Assembly: GCA_963832655.1 (NCBI GenBank)
Contig: CAWHUW010000005.1
Location: 342,359-406,358 of the forward strand
DNA length: 64,000 nucleotides
Reading direction: 5' to 3'
Source: an uncultured Thermoleophilia bacterium
GTDB taxonomy: Bacteria > Actinomycetota > Thermoleophilia > UBA2241
The translations under genes were made by a program, and so were the position numbers. Shown here one piece after another: positions 31,569-41,580 of this stretch; the stretch's first letter is position 1; each line of letters begins with the position of its first letter. Under the pieces are notes generated by a model. That model saw only the letters and a program-made list of their open reading frames with translations, was not told where the DNA came from and did not search any database.

Positions 31569-32698
31569 CGACGCAGGACCGCACCGGCGGCGCCCGCGCG
31601 CCCGTCGCGCGCCGCTGGAGCGCCGCCCCGGCAGCACCCGTCCGGCGCCCCGCCGATCCCTGGCGACGGGCGCGTCCTGCTCGCGCTGCTCGTCCTCGTC
31701 GTCGGCGCCGCCCTCGGCGCCGCCGGCTTCGCCGCCGAGCAGCGCGCCTTCGTCTGGAGGCCCGACGTGACGGCGCTCGTCGGGCGGCGGCTGGCGCGTG
31801 ACGGGCTCGGCGGGCCTGCGGCCCGACGCGCCCGCCATCGCCGGCGGCCGCCTCGTCTGGGGGCAGGGCGCCTACACGTGCGTGCTCGACCTCGACGCCG
31901 GCGACACCACGTCATCGGCGCCGCCCCGCGACGGGACTCGATCGTGGCCGCCGGCCGCCGGCGGGCGCTACGTCGCCTGGATCGAGTCAGCCCGAGCACC
32001 GGTCGGCGAGCCGGCGCGCCTGTGGGTCTACGACGCCGACCGCGGCGCGCAGGCAGAGCTTCGCCGTCGGCGCGGGCGCCGCCACGACTGCCGTCGCCGG
32101 CGACCTCGTCGCCTGGTTGACGACGCGCAGCGGCGTCGCCGCGCGTCGTCGACGCTCGACATGAGGACGGGTCGCCGCAGCCGTCATCGCCGAGGGCACG
32201 ACGTCGACTTCCCGGTGGTCGCCGGCGACGGCGACGTCGGCTGGCTGGTCAGCCGGCGGCGAGGGCGCGCGCCCGTCGGTCGTCGTCCGCGAGATCTGCG
32301 GACCGGTCGACGACGACGACCGTCCCGCTCGCCGCCGACGGCAGCGGGCTCACGCGTCGGCGACATCCAGATGGCCGGCCAGGACCCTGCTCTGGACGCT
32401 CCAGTCGCGACCGGCACGAGCACGATCGTCGTCCATCGACCTCGCAGCGGGCGCACGCGCACGGTCGCCAGCGGGACTGTGGTCCAGAGCCCTGCCACCG
32501 ACGGCGAGGTCGTGGTCTGGGCGGCCGCGGACGATGCTCTCCGGCACACCTGCTCGTCCGTGGACGTGACGCTCGCCGACGGCGCGCCAGCTCGAGGTCG
32601 TGGCCGGCCCGCAGACGTGGCCTACGTCCCTCGCCGTCGGCGGCGGTTGGGCAGCCTGGATCTCGACGACGGCTCCTGGTCGTACCTCGAGGCCGTGA
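31569..32698 (+). pseudogene. Hypothetical membrane-anchored repeat protein, several frameshifts; start not identified
   Basis: A TM segment (VLLALLVLVVGAALGAAGFAA) is followed by recurring G-x-x-V-(A/V)-W strands (GGRLVWGQG, GRYVAWIE, GDLVAWLT, GDVGWLVS, GEVVVWAA, GGGWAAWIS) distributed over three frames. No canonical start codon occurs in the first open frame. Confidence 0.3.
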
Positions 32699-32704
32699 GA
32701 TCCC

Positions 32705-33064
32705 GTGAAGGCCGCGCCGATGAAGGTCCCGCGCCGCTACATCCCGCCGCCTCTGGGCGAGACCGGCCAGCGCGTCCTGCTCCTCGTCCTCGTCGAGCTC
32801 TGCCTCCTCAACATCGCCGACTTCGCCCTCACCCGGTACGCGATGTGGCTCGGCTTCGCCACCGAGTCGAACGGCGTCATGGACTTCTTCTTCAGGCAGA
32901 GCGACGTCGCGGCGGCGGTCTTCAAGTTCAGCATGGTGACGGGCGGCGCGGTGGCGCTGTGGTTCCTGCGCCGCTACCGCGCCGCCCTCCTCGCCGGCGC
33001 GCTGCTCGCCGCCGTGTTCGCCGCCGTGGTCGCCTACCAGGCGCTCTGGATCCTCAGCCTCTAG
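32705..33064 (+). CDS. DUF5658 family small membrane protein
   Basis: LLNIADFALTRYAMWLGFATESNGVM motif and three or four TM helices. ATG 32720 is an alternative start. Confidence 0.6.
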   Translation: MKAAPMKVPRRYIPPPLGETGQRVLLLVLVELCLLNIADFALTRYAMWLGFATESNGVMDFFFRQSDVAAAVFKFSMVTGGAVALWFLRRYRAALLAGALLAAVFAAVVAYQALWILSL

Positions 33065-33108
33065 TCGCCGCGGCCAAGTCCTCGCCGCTCGTGCACGTGG
33101 AGCCGGCC

Positions 33109-34470
33109 TCACGCCGCTGCCGGCACTCCCAGCTTCTTCTTGACGATCTTCAGCGACGTCTCGAGTACGTTCAGGCTCTCGTCGACGTCTTGCTGCGTGT
33201 GTGCCGTACAGGCGAAGAAGCGCTCGAAGTTGAAGTTGTGGAAGTACACGCCGCGCTCCTGGCACTCCGCCTGCCACTCGCCGAAGAAGGCGGAGTCGCA
33301 GGCGCGCGCCTGGCGGGAGCGCGTGACCGGTTCCTCGTAGCCGAAGAACACCTGCCACATCGGGCCGACCTGGTTGATCCACGCCGGGATGCCCTGCTCC
33401 GCGAGCATCTTCTTCGTGCCGTCGACCATCGCGTCCGCGATCTTGTTCAGGTGCCCGTAGACCGCGTCCGTCTCGCCCAGAAGCTTGTCGAGGGCGGCGT
33501 TCATGCCGGCCAGGGTCATCGGGTTGGCGCTGTAGGTGCCGCCGTGGAGCACCGTGCCGTCGGCCTCGATCTCCATGAGCTTGGCCGAAGCGCCGAAGGC
33601 CGCCGCGCCGGGCGTACCGCCGCCGACCGCCTTGGCGACGCAAGTGATGTCGGGGATCACGCCGTAGCGCTCCTGGGCCCCGCCCAGAGCGACGCGAAAG
33701 CCGGTGATGATCTCGTCGAAGATCAGCAGCACGCCGTGCTCGTCGCAGAGGTTGCGAAGGCCCTCGAGGAATCCGGGCTCGGGCGGGATGATCCCGCAGT
33801 CCGCGAGGATCGGCTCGGCAAGCACGGCGGCCAGATCGTCGGCGTTCTGCCTGATCAACTGCTCGGTGCTGTCCAGGTCGTTGAAGCAGCCGACGATCAC
33901 CGTGTCCTGGAACGCCTTCGGGATGCCGGCCCCGGAGGGCTGCGTCTTCGGGGACTTCTCGGCCCCCGCTGTCGCGATGTCCGCGATGTGAGAGAAGGCA
34001 TGGGGGTCCAGGAAGCCGTTGTAGCTCCCCTCCCACTTGAGGATCTTGTCCTTGCCGGTGTAGCCACGCGCCAGGCGCATCGCCGCCTGCGTGGCCTCGG
34101 AACCCGAGTTGGCGAAGCGGAGCTGCTCGATGCCGGGGACGGCCTGCACGATCTTGCGGCCCACCTCGTAGTCGAGCTCGTGGGGGAACGTGTAGAGCAT
34201 GCCGCGCTCGGTGATCTGCTCGGCGATGGCGTCGACGATGAAGGGGGGCCGATGCCCGAAGATCATCGGCCCGTACCCGATGCACCAGTCGATGTAACGG
34301 TTCCCGTCGACGTCGTAGAAGTGGGCGCCCTCGCCGTGGCTCATGACGATGGGCCGCGTGCCGATGAGGCGAGCGTAGCTCGACTCCCCGCCGGCGATCA
34401 CCTCCTGGCACTTGCCGAACAACTCGGCCGTCTTGGGGAGATGGGCGTTGTCGATCAGATGCTCTTTCAT
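33109..34470 (-). CDS. Class III aminotransferase (glutamate-1-semialdehyde 2,1-aminomutase-like)
   Basis: Motifs IAGGESSYAR, FANSGSEATQAAMRLARGYTG, LIFDEIITGFR and the PLP lysine context ITCVAKAVGGG. ATG 34470 has a GAAGGAG RBS. Confidence 0.85.
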   Translation of the reverse strand: MKEHLIDNAHLPKTAELFGKCQEVIAGGESSYARLIGTRPIVMSHGEGAHFYDVDGNRYIDWCIGYGPMIFGHRPPFIVDAIAEQITERGMLYTFPHELDYEVGRKIVQAVPGIEQLRFANSGSEATQAAMRLARGYTGKDKILKWEGSYNGFLDPHAFSHIADIATAGAEKSPKTQPSGAGIPKAFQDTVIVGCFNDLDSTEQLIRQNADDLAAVLAEPILADCGIIPPEPGFLEGLRNLCDEHGVLLIFDEIITGFRVALGGAQERYGVIPDITCVAKAVGGGTPGAAAFGASAKLMEIEADGTVLHGGTYSANPMTLAGMNAALDKLLGETDAVYGHLNKIADAMVDGTKKMLAEQGIPAWINQVGPMWQVFFGYEEPVTRSRQARACDSAFFGEWQAECQERGVYFHNFNFERFFACTAHTQQDVDESLNVLETSLKIVKKKLGVPAAA

Positions 34471-34731
34471 GGTGCGCGGCTCCTTCTCCGACCGGCGGTC
34501 AGGACGCGACCACCCGAGGATGGCATCCCGCTGCCGCAGCGCTGCCTGGTTGCGGCCGAGCGACACCTCCGCGTCCACCGTCGTGCTCCGATGACCGGCT
34601 GAGGTGGGACAGCCATTCTGACAGGCTTGCCGAATGTGTGTCCAGGACCGTCAACGGCCCGGTCCGTGCCCTGGCGGGCGACCCGGGAACAGCGGCGGCG
34701 GAGGCAAGACGGCGCGGTCGGTGAGGCCGCC

Positions 34732-34774
34732 GCAAAAGAAGGGGCGCCCGGCGCGTATCGCGCCGGGCGCCCCT
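34732..34774 (-). terminator. Intrinsic terminator of the APC permease gene
   Basis: Perfect 16-bp stem AGGGGCGCCCGGCGCG/CGCGCCGGGCGCCCCT with a 3-nt loop (34740-34774), followed on the minus strand by TTCTTTTG. Confidence 0.6.
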
Positions 34775-34820
34775 CGTGCCGACGGCGCTCACCGCGCCGT
34801 CGGTCACACGCGTCGTTGCC

Positions 34821-36453
34821 TTATTCAGGCGGCAGCTCGCCGTAGGTCATGGACACGTCCACGCCCACAGCCTTGCTCCGCGACCTCCAGAAGTAGTACC
34901 AGATCACGCCCAGCACCCAGACGCCCACGAAGAGGTAGATCGATTCCGTGGTGAACTGACGGGCGGCCTCGTTGAAGATGAACACGTAGAGCAGGATGAG
35001 CAGGTAGGCGATGTCGACGAGCGCGCCCCAGACCACGACCGGCAGGCCGAGGAAGGTCCACTTCTTGTAGGGCGAGGAGTCCCAGATGCCCCTGCAGCGC
35101 TTCATGTACGGGAAGAGCAGGGCGGCGAACGCCGTGGGCAGGAACACCGAGGTGACCTGCAGTCCGGTGACTACGACGTTCTGCATCACCGCGAAGCTCG
35201 AGAACGAGTAGATCACCAGCAGGATCTCGCTGAGGACGAGACAGAGCACGAAGTTCTTGACCGGGCTCGCCCAGCGCGGGTTGATGTCGGTGAACCACTT
35301 GGGGCCCATGCGGTCCATACCCCACGCGAAGAGGATGCGCGGGAAGGCCAGATACGACAGCGCCAGCCACCACAGGGTGAAGGCGACGTACGAGAGGCCC
35401 ATCAAGAAGGCGAGCAGCTTGCCCCAGGAGCCCAAAGCGGCGGTGGCGGCCCCGAGACAGTACACGGCCAGCGAGATGAAGTCGCTGGCGAAGGGCATGT
35501 TGTAGCCCTCGATGGCGCCGTTGTTGTCCATCCACGAGGCGGCCTGGATGAACTGGTAGCCGACGGTCTTGTTGACCACGATGGCGATCCAGAACATGAA
35601 CAGGAAAGGCACCAGGATGGCGAACACGTTGGCCCAGATGATGGTCTTGTCGGGGCGCTTCACCTCTCCGGCGATGAACGAGATCGAGTACGCGTAGGCG
35701 AAGAGCCAGCTCATCACGACCATGGTGCCGAAGGTCGCCGCCCAGGTCCAGGTGGTCGGCATGGTCTCGCCGGCGGCCTCGCCGATCTTGGCGATGTACT
35801 CCTCATAGCGGAACGAGCCGGTGTCGGCCGCCGCCTGGTTCCAGTTGGCGATGAAGGTCGCCTTCGAGGTGAAGCGTGAACACGAGGCCGATGATGATGG
35901 CCCCGCCGATGCCGAACAGCATGACGACCTTCTGGGTGAGCGCGAAGATCTTGATGCCGAAGACCACGAAGAGGAAGGCGACGAAGTTGAAGACGCTGGC
36001 CAGCAGGAAGGTGATCCAGGTAGAGCTGACCACCCAGTCCGCCGCCCCCGTCCAGCCCAGGTAGCTGAACGTGACCGTCAGGCCGGGGTCGATGCACAGC
36101 GGCGCCAGCACGTAGAGCCACATCAACCAGATGACGGCGTCGCCGAAGCTCTGCGCGATACCGAACACCGGGTGGATGATGCGCGAGTTGTAGATGTACT
36201 CGCCGCCCGACCGCGGCATGCTGCCGCCCAGGACGCCCCAGACGATCGGGAAGCCGATCCCTGCCATGACGAGAGAGATGAGGGCGGCGACGACGAGGTT
36301 GCCGCCGAGGAAGGTACCCAGGCCGAGCGTGAAGATCAGCCAGATACTGGGCGTGATGCCCTGGTTCATGAAGCCGACGGCGAAAGCGTCCGTCATGGAG
36401 AGGCCGCGGACCAGGCCGCTGGCCTTGCGTGCGAATGCGAGTTCTTCTGCCAT
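34821..36453 (-). pseudogene. APC superfamily amino acid/polyamine permease, one frameshift
   Basis: ATG 36453 has a GAAGGGGGG RBS. The twelve-helix APC-like translation is split between ORFs 35803-36504 and 34821-35762. The shift lies near 35870 (...GLVFTLH | KATFIANWNQAAADTGSFRYEEYIAK...). Confidence 0.8.
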
Positions 36454-36632
36454 GTTCCCCCCTTCTGCTGCTGGTCCGTCCGATCGACTCGACGGGCGTT
36501 CCACAGTTCAGTCCGACCTACATGCACCCCTCAAGATCACTCTCAGCCGAGCACCCCCTCCGCGTCTCGAGCCGCACTGGCCGAAGCGCTGCCACAGGCG
36601 GCAGCCCCGGGCCCAATCCGTTCGTCACTCTT

Positions 36633-36659
36633 GTTATAGGTATGCCTGAGCTTTGTCAA
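36633..36659 (-). promoter_or_regulatory. Candidate sigma-70-like promoter of the APC permease
   Basis: Minus strand reads TTGACA, a 15-nt spacer, then TATAAC, about 180 nt upstream of ATG 36453. The spacer is shorter than optimal. Confidence 0.3.
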
Positions 36660-36813
36660 GGACCGCGGCCTCACCTGGGCGCTGTCGACGCGCCCGTCTT
36701 CCGGCCGCTCAGATGCCGGACCGGCACAGAGAGCCGCCGCGCGCGGACCTGTGCCACCCTCCGTCTTGCGGCGGTCGCCCGGGGCCGCGAAGCCCGTGTC
36801 CAGTCACCGCCCG

Positions 36814-38124
36814 TCATCCGATCTCGACCTCTTCGTGGGAGGGGCGCGGCGCCAGCTTCTCGATGAGACGCGGCCAGCGCAGGACCACGTGCTGCAGCGG
36901 GCTGCGTCTGAGCGCGACCATGTAGACGGCCCAGCCGACGACGAAGCCCACGGCGAGGTTGCTGACGACGAGCCCCAGGACGGCGACGAGCAGCGCGCAC
37001 ACGACCTCGTCGACAGTCGTGAGGTCGGCGATCAGGAGGCAGTGCTCGACGCCGACGAAAAGAAGCATGCCGGCCAGCACCGCGCCGGGCACGAGCAGCG
37101 GCGAGATGCCGAAGGCGGCGGCGGCGGCCAGCGCGGCGAAGAGCGCCGCCGCCAGGAGAGTGGCCCCCGCGGTGCGCGCGCCCAGGCGGTAGTGGGCCGT
37201 GGCGCCGCCGGCGCCGTGGCAGAGCGACATGCCTCCGGCCGCGCCGCAGACGAGGTTCATCAGACCGAGACTGAAGAGGAGGCGTTTCGCCGTCACGCGG
37301 CGCGCGGCGGCGCCGTAGTAGCCGCCCACGACGTCCTCGGTCGCATAGACGGAGTTGCCCAGGGAGAGCGGCAGTTGCGGCAGCACCAGGACGAACAGGG
37401 CGAGCCAGGCGTCGTGGGCGTTGGGGAGGTGCGCGAGCGGCAGAGCGGGTGCGGCGGGGACGGCGACAAGCTGGGAGACGCCGGCGACGACGAGAGCGAG
37501 ACCGCCGGCGGCGCCCATGCCGACGACCACGAGGCTTGCCGGCAGGCGCCGGCGGCGGCGGCCGGCGAACAGCGCGGCGGCGGCGGCCAGGGCGACGAGC
37601 AGGCCGAGCGAGAGCCGCGCGCCCCCGACACTGACGCCGAAGTGCAGGCCCGGCAGGGCCTTCGCGCCGTTCGCCGCGACCAGGCTGCCCTTCAGGAGGA
37701 GAAGCCCGACCGACAGCTGGATGCCACGCAGCACCGCCTTGGGGAAGAGGCGCGCGAGGTACCGGGCGACAGGCGTCACGGCGAGCAACAGCAGGAAGAG
37801 GGCGACCTCGACGCCGGCCGCAGCCACGACCGGAGCCGAGAGACCGAGCACGACGATGGTCGCGCCCATCACCTTCATCGGCTGCACCGGGAGCGGCACG
37901 CGAAAGACGAGGGCGCTCGCGGCATAGCTTGCGGCGACGCACAGGAAGATGCTCACGAGGCTCAGGCGCGCGACCGCGGCGACGCCCACGGCCAAGGGGA
38001 TCATGACGCCTATGTCGCCGATGCTGCCCGCCAGCTCGTGGCGGTCGAAGCGCAGCGGCAAGAGGCGGGAGGGGCGCACGGAGGCGCTGAGCGTCTTCTC
38101 ACTCTGCATCAGCATCACCGGCAT
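36814..38124 (-). CDS. MOT1/MOT2-type (sulfate-permease-related) putative molybdate transporter
   Basis: N-terminal FDRHELAGSIGDIGVMIPL motif and about 10-12 TM helices. It is the last gene of the Moco-maturation operon and overlaps the yqeB stop. The start is ambiguous (ATG 38124, 38115 or 38109). Confidence 0.65.
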   Translation of the reverse strand: MPVMLMQSEKTLSASVRPSRLLPLRFDRHELAGSIGDIGVMIPLAVGVAAVARLSLVSIFLCVAASYAASALVFRVPLPVQPMKVMGATIVVLGLSAPVVAAAGVEVALFLLLLAVTPVARYLARLFPKAVLRGIQLSVGLLLLKGSLVAANGAKALPGLHFGVSVGGARLSLGLLVALAAAAALFAGRRRRRLPASLVVVGMGAAGGLALVVAGVSQLVAVPAAPALPLAHLPNAHDAWLALFVLVLPQLPLSLGNSVYATEDVVGGYYGAAARRVTAKRLLFSLGLMNLVCGAAGGMSLCHGAGGATAHYRLGARTAGATLLAAALFAALAAAAAFGISPLLVPGAVLAGMLLFVGVEHCLLIADLTTVDEVVCALLVAVLGLVVSNLAVGFVVGWAVYMVALRRSPLQHVVLRWPRLIEKLAPRPSHEEVEIG

Positions 38125-38983
38125 CCCGAGAGGTCGCGAGCGTCGCTGCCCTGAGGCGGACGCCGCCGAGCAGGGCACAGGCCGCCTCGAGCACGCCGCC
38201 GGCGACCGCCAGGGCCTTGTCCGACGCGGTGAAGCAGTGCTCTCGAGCAGCGCGGGGGTCCACGTCGCCCAGCTTGAAACCGCGAGTCACCTCGAGGCCA
38301 GGGTGGAGGAGGCCGCGCAGCACGCCGTCCAGCCGCGAGCAGACCGGGACGTCGCCGACGTGACCGACGATCTGACCTGCGACGACTCGGTCGCCGATGT
38401 GGAGGGAACTCCGGAAGACCCCGGCGGCGGGTGCTCGCAGAAGCCGCTCCTCGGTATGACCGCCCACCTCTCCGGGGATGCCGGTGTCGGGCAGCGCCTC
38501 GCCGTGCGTGATCACCCGGCCGAGCGTGTGACCACGATTCGTCTCGATGACCGCGTGTGCATCACGGCCGGCGAAGAAGCCCGGACCCAGCGCGACGACG
38601 GCGGGCGCGTCGGCGATGCTCGTCCCGAGATTGCGTTTGGCCATGATCGCGTCGACGAGCAGGGAAGGCCTCACCTCGTGAAGCGCGGCACCCTCGGGAT
38701 CGACGACGACGGCGATCGCCCTTTGCCGCATCACGGCCTCGATCCGGCCGGGAGCGTCCACCTTGACGCCCTCGACTCCTTCGACGACCGTGCGCCCCTC
38801 GTACACGGCTTCAGCGAACGCCACCGTGCGTCGCACCACAGTCGGGCGAGCGATCTCGGTCATGACGACGGCGAACCCCGAACGGGAGAGTCGCAGGGCG
38901 ACACCGGTGGCCAGGTCGCCGGCGCCCTTGATCAGCGCCCGTGGGCGCGCGCCGCCGACGGCGTCGTGCGCGGCACCGGTCAC
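38099..38983 (-). CDS. yqeB: YqeB/EF2563-family selenium-dependent molybdenum hydroxylase system protein
   Basis: LIKGAGDLATGVALRLSRSGFAVVMTEIARPTVVRRTVAFAEAVYEG, AIMAKRNLGT, HAVIETNRGHTLGRVI and GDVDPRAAREHCFTASDKALAVAGGVLEA match my recollection of this family. GTG 38983 overlaps the xdhC stop (GTGA). Confidence 0.7.
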   Translation of the reverse strand: MTGAAHDAVGGARPRALIKGAGDLATGVALRLSRSGFAVVMTEIARPTVVRRTVAFAEAVYEGRTVVEGVEGVKVDAPGRIEAVMRQRAIAVVVDPEGAALHEVRPSLLVDAIMAKRNLGTSIADAPAVVALGPGFFAGRDAHAVIETNRGHTLGRVITHGEALPDTGIPGEVGGHTEERLLRAPAAGVFRSSLHIGDRVVAGQIVGHVGDVPVCSRLDGVLRGLLHPGLEVTRGFKLGDVDPRAAREHCFTASDKALAVAGGVLEAACALLGGVRLRAATLATSRDAGDADAE

Positions 38984-39819
38984 GGCGCGGACTCCTCGAC
39001 CGCGGTCTGTCCCTTCACGACCGAGGGCATGCGGCCGCCGACCTTGCTGTACTGCTCGGCGACGATCTCGGCCATGATGCAGAGGGCCAATTCCGCTGGC
39101 GTCTCGGCGCCGATGTCGAGGCCGATCGGCGCGTGGACAAGGTCCAGCCGCTCGCCGGCGACTCCCTCACCGCGAAGCCGCGCGATGATGGTCCGGACCT
39201 TGTTTCGGCTGCCGATCATGCCGATGTAGGCGGCCGGCGAGTCGATGACCGAGCGGAGCGCCGACTCATCGTGCTCGGCCGAATGCGTCAGTATGACGAC
39301 GTTCGTGTGTTCGTCTATGTCATACAGGTCGGCCGTGCGCGCCGGGTCGCCGCAGATCAGCCGGTCGGCCTCGGGAAAGCGTTCGGACGTGACCATGTCC
39401 TCTCGTGAGTCGAGGACGACGACCCTGAAGTCGAGCGTGCTGGCACAGGAACACAGCTTCTGGCCGACGTGCCCCGCGCCGATGACGAGCAGCGCGCGAC
39501 CCGGGCGATGGGGCTCGAAGAACACGGTGACGTCGCCCCCGCACAGGCTCCCCAAGGCGTGCTCCCCCTCCGTACGCAACTCGTACGTCCGGCTGCACGA
39601 CGCGCCCGAGGCGAGGCAGGCGCGAGCCTCGGCGATCGCCTCGCGTTCAAGCACGCCTCCGCCGATGGTCTCCTCGGTCGTCCCGTCTCCGAGGATCAGC
39701 ATCTTCGCCCCCACGTGCCGCGGGCTTGAGCCCTTGACGTCGGTGACGGTCGCCAGCACGAACGGGGTGCCGCGCCCGGCGAGTTCAGCCATCCGCGCGT
39801 AGAGATCGCCGGCCTTCAT
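38980..39819 (-). CDS. xdhC: XdhC/CoxI family molybdenum hydroxylase accessory protein
   Basis: FVLATVTDVKGSSPRHVGAKMLI, the LLVIGAGHVG Rossmann motif, and IGMIGSRNK / APIGLDIGAETPAELA. ATG 39819 overlaps the mocA stop (ATGA) and follows GAGAAGGAGAAGG. Confidence 0.85.
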   Translation of the reverse strand: MKAGDLYARMAELAGRGTPFVLATVTDVKGSSPRHVGAKMLILGDGTTEETIGGGVLEREAIAEARACLASGASCSRTYELRTEGEHALGSLCGGDVTVFFEPHRPGRALLVIGAGHVGQKLCSCASTLDFRVVVLDSREDMVTSERFPEADRLICGDPARTADLYDIDEHTNVVILTHSAEHDESALRSVIDSPAAYIGMIGSRNKVRTIIARLRGEGVAGERLDLVHAPIGLDIGAETPAELALCIMAEIVAEQYSKVGGRMPSVVKGQTAVEESAP

Positions 39820-40443
39820 GCGTCCTTCTCCTTCTCGTACCCGCAGGGCGAGTCGATATCCACGAGTTCGTGGGGGTCGTCGATGGGGACCATACAGACT
39901 TCGTCCGCCCGGCGCTCGATGACGCGCCGGCCCCCGAAGTCGCCGCTGCTCCCCGGCAAGCTCGGCGAACAGCGTCGCTCCGACGAGCACGGGGTTGCCC
40001 GGGCGCCCATCCACCGACGGCCGCACGATCCGCTTCTCGCAACGCGCGAAGCGATCGATCAGCGCGTCGAGGAGCGCGGCGCTGACGAAGGGCTGGTCGC
40101 CGAGCAGGATGAGGGCCCCGCCGGCCGCCGGGTCTACCGCCGAGAGTCCCGTGCGCAACGACGTGCTCATGCCTTTCGCGTAGTCCGGGTTCAGCACCAC
40201 GGTGACCGGCCGGCCGGCCAGGGCTTCCGAGATCTTCTCCGCCTCGTTGCCCACGACGACGATGGTCTGCGAGGCCTTCGAGCCCAGCGACGCGTCGACC
40301 ACGCGCTGGATCATCGACCGCCCGCCGACGGGCAACAGCAGCTTCGCGCCCCCCATGCGGGTGGCGCGGCCGGCGGCAAGGACCACGGCCGCAACGACGC
40401 CACGGCCGGCCGCGTGCCGGGACTCGCGCGCCACGTCGCTCAC
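39816..40443 (-). pseudogene. mocA: Molybdenum cofactor cytidylyltransferase-like (MobA/MocA NTP-transferase), one frameshift
   Basis: VAAVVLAAGRATRMGGAKLLLPV and LILLGDQPFV motifs. The family C-terminus (GSSGDFGGRRVIERRADEVCMVPIDDPHELVDIDSP) is in the frame of ORF 39816-40010. The shift occurs in a G4/C4 run at 39951-39954, and the unshifted frame reads through into xdhC. Confidence 0.75.
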
Positions 40444-41291
40444 GCCTCCTCCGCGACGACGGCGAAGCGGCCGGCGCGCAGGCTGCCGACGACGACGGAA
40501 TCTGGGCGCCCCCCGGAGACGCCGGCCACACGATCTCCCTCGCCCTCCGGCCCGACGCCCGCGCCCTGACGCCCGAGAAGCCGCAGCGCGATGTCGAGTC
40601 CCGCCGCCTGCGCGTCCGGCGTGTCGGCCTTGTTCAGCAGGACGACGATGCGGCAGCCCGCGTTTGCTTGCCGCAGATGCCCGACTTGCGCCAGCAAGCC
40701 GTCAGCCACCACTCGCGTCGTGACTTCCGAGCCCAGCGGGATCCCCAGGATCGAGGCGAGCACATCGGCGCGATGGACGCGCCCCTCAGTGAGAGCGGCC
40801 CCGAGAGCGTCCAGTCCGGCGACGTCGACGATCGTCGTGGCCACGCCAGGCACCTGGGGCTCATGCGGCCCAAAGGCCTTGAACGGCAGGCCCCGGCTCC
40901 CGTCGGCCTCGACGATGAGGTAGTCGGCCAGCCCGTGCGCCCACAGCCGGTCGACCGAGGCCGGAGACAGGCCGACCACTTTGCCTCCTTCGCCGTCGGA
41001 GTGCGCGACGGCGGCAGCATGTCCGTCCGCCAGCACCCCCTTCAGTCTGGGGACCAGCCGCCCCCCTTCCGTTCGCCTCAGCACCTGCCCGGTGACCGCC
41101 ATCTCGCTCAGGAGCATCGCCGTCGTCGTGGTCGTGATCACGCGGGCGCCGCCTGCCGTGAGCTCCGCGCCAAGGAGGCGCAAAGCAGTGGTCTTCCCTC
41201 CGGCCCCCACGAGCGCGACCACCTCCACAGGGCCAAGGCCGAGGGCGCCGGCGAGCGTCTCCTGTGCGATCGCGTGCACTGTTGCCTCCAC
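40440..41291 (-). CDS. yqeC: YqeC-family selenium cofactor biosynthesis / selenium-dependent hydroxylase accessory protein
   Basis: P-loop VALVGAGGKTT, ITTTTT, LIVEADGSRGLPFKAFGPHEPQVP and VVLLNKADT. GTG 41291 has an AAGGAAG RBS. It is the first gene of the operon. Confidence 0.7.
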   Translation of the reverse strand: MEATVHAIAQETLAGALGLGPVEVVALVGAGGKTTALRLLGAELTAGGARVITTTTTAMLLSEMAVTGQVLRRTEGGRLVPRLKGVLADGHAAAVAHSDGEGGKVVGLSPASVDRLWAHGLADYLIVEADGSRGLPFKAFGPHEPQVPGVATTIVDVAGLDALGAALTEGRVHRADVLASILGIPLGSEVTTRVVADGLLAQVGHLRQANAGCRIVVLLNKADTPDAQAAGLDIALRLLGRQGAGVGPEGEGDRVAGVSGGRPDSVVVGSLRAGRFAVVAEEA

Positions 41292-41580
41292 TCACTTCCT
41301 TGACGCTCTCGAGCGCTGTGTGTCGCGCCGAAGCGACACACTCGGCCGGCGGTCAGCCCGAGAACAGCGTTCCCCGGAACCGTAGGGTGGCGAACCGCCT
41401 TGTGTCGCCTCTTGCACATCGGCTTGGCCACAGGCACCATGTCGGTACCGCGACATTGTAGACGGGAACAGGATTCCTTGCTACACATATAGCGAATATG
41501 CGACAATGGGGCTTTCCGCGGGTGCCTTCAAGGACTCCTGGCAGACACTGACGGACCATCTCGGAAGAGAGGTTGCAGGT

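Noticed and set aside
36454-36640. TPP riboswitch in the APC permease leader, because the minus strand contains GGGGUGCUCGGCUGAGAG.
   Set aside because: The P3 hairpin between GGGGUGC and CUGAGA would be only a few nucleotides long. The closing ACCC is absent, and so is the downstream pyrophosphate-sensor consensus (CCUGAUCUGGAUAAUGCCAGCG-like). An APC permease would also be an atypical target.
38980-40443. Apparent 487-aa MocA-XdhC fusion protein.
   Set aside because: The conserved MocA C-terminus and its TGA lie in another frame (39816-40010) and overlap the xdhC ATG as ATGA. The long ORF results from an indel in a G4 run at 39951-39954.
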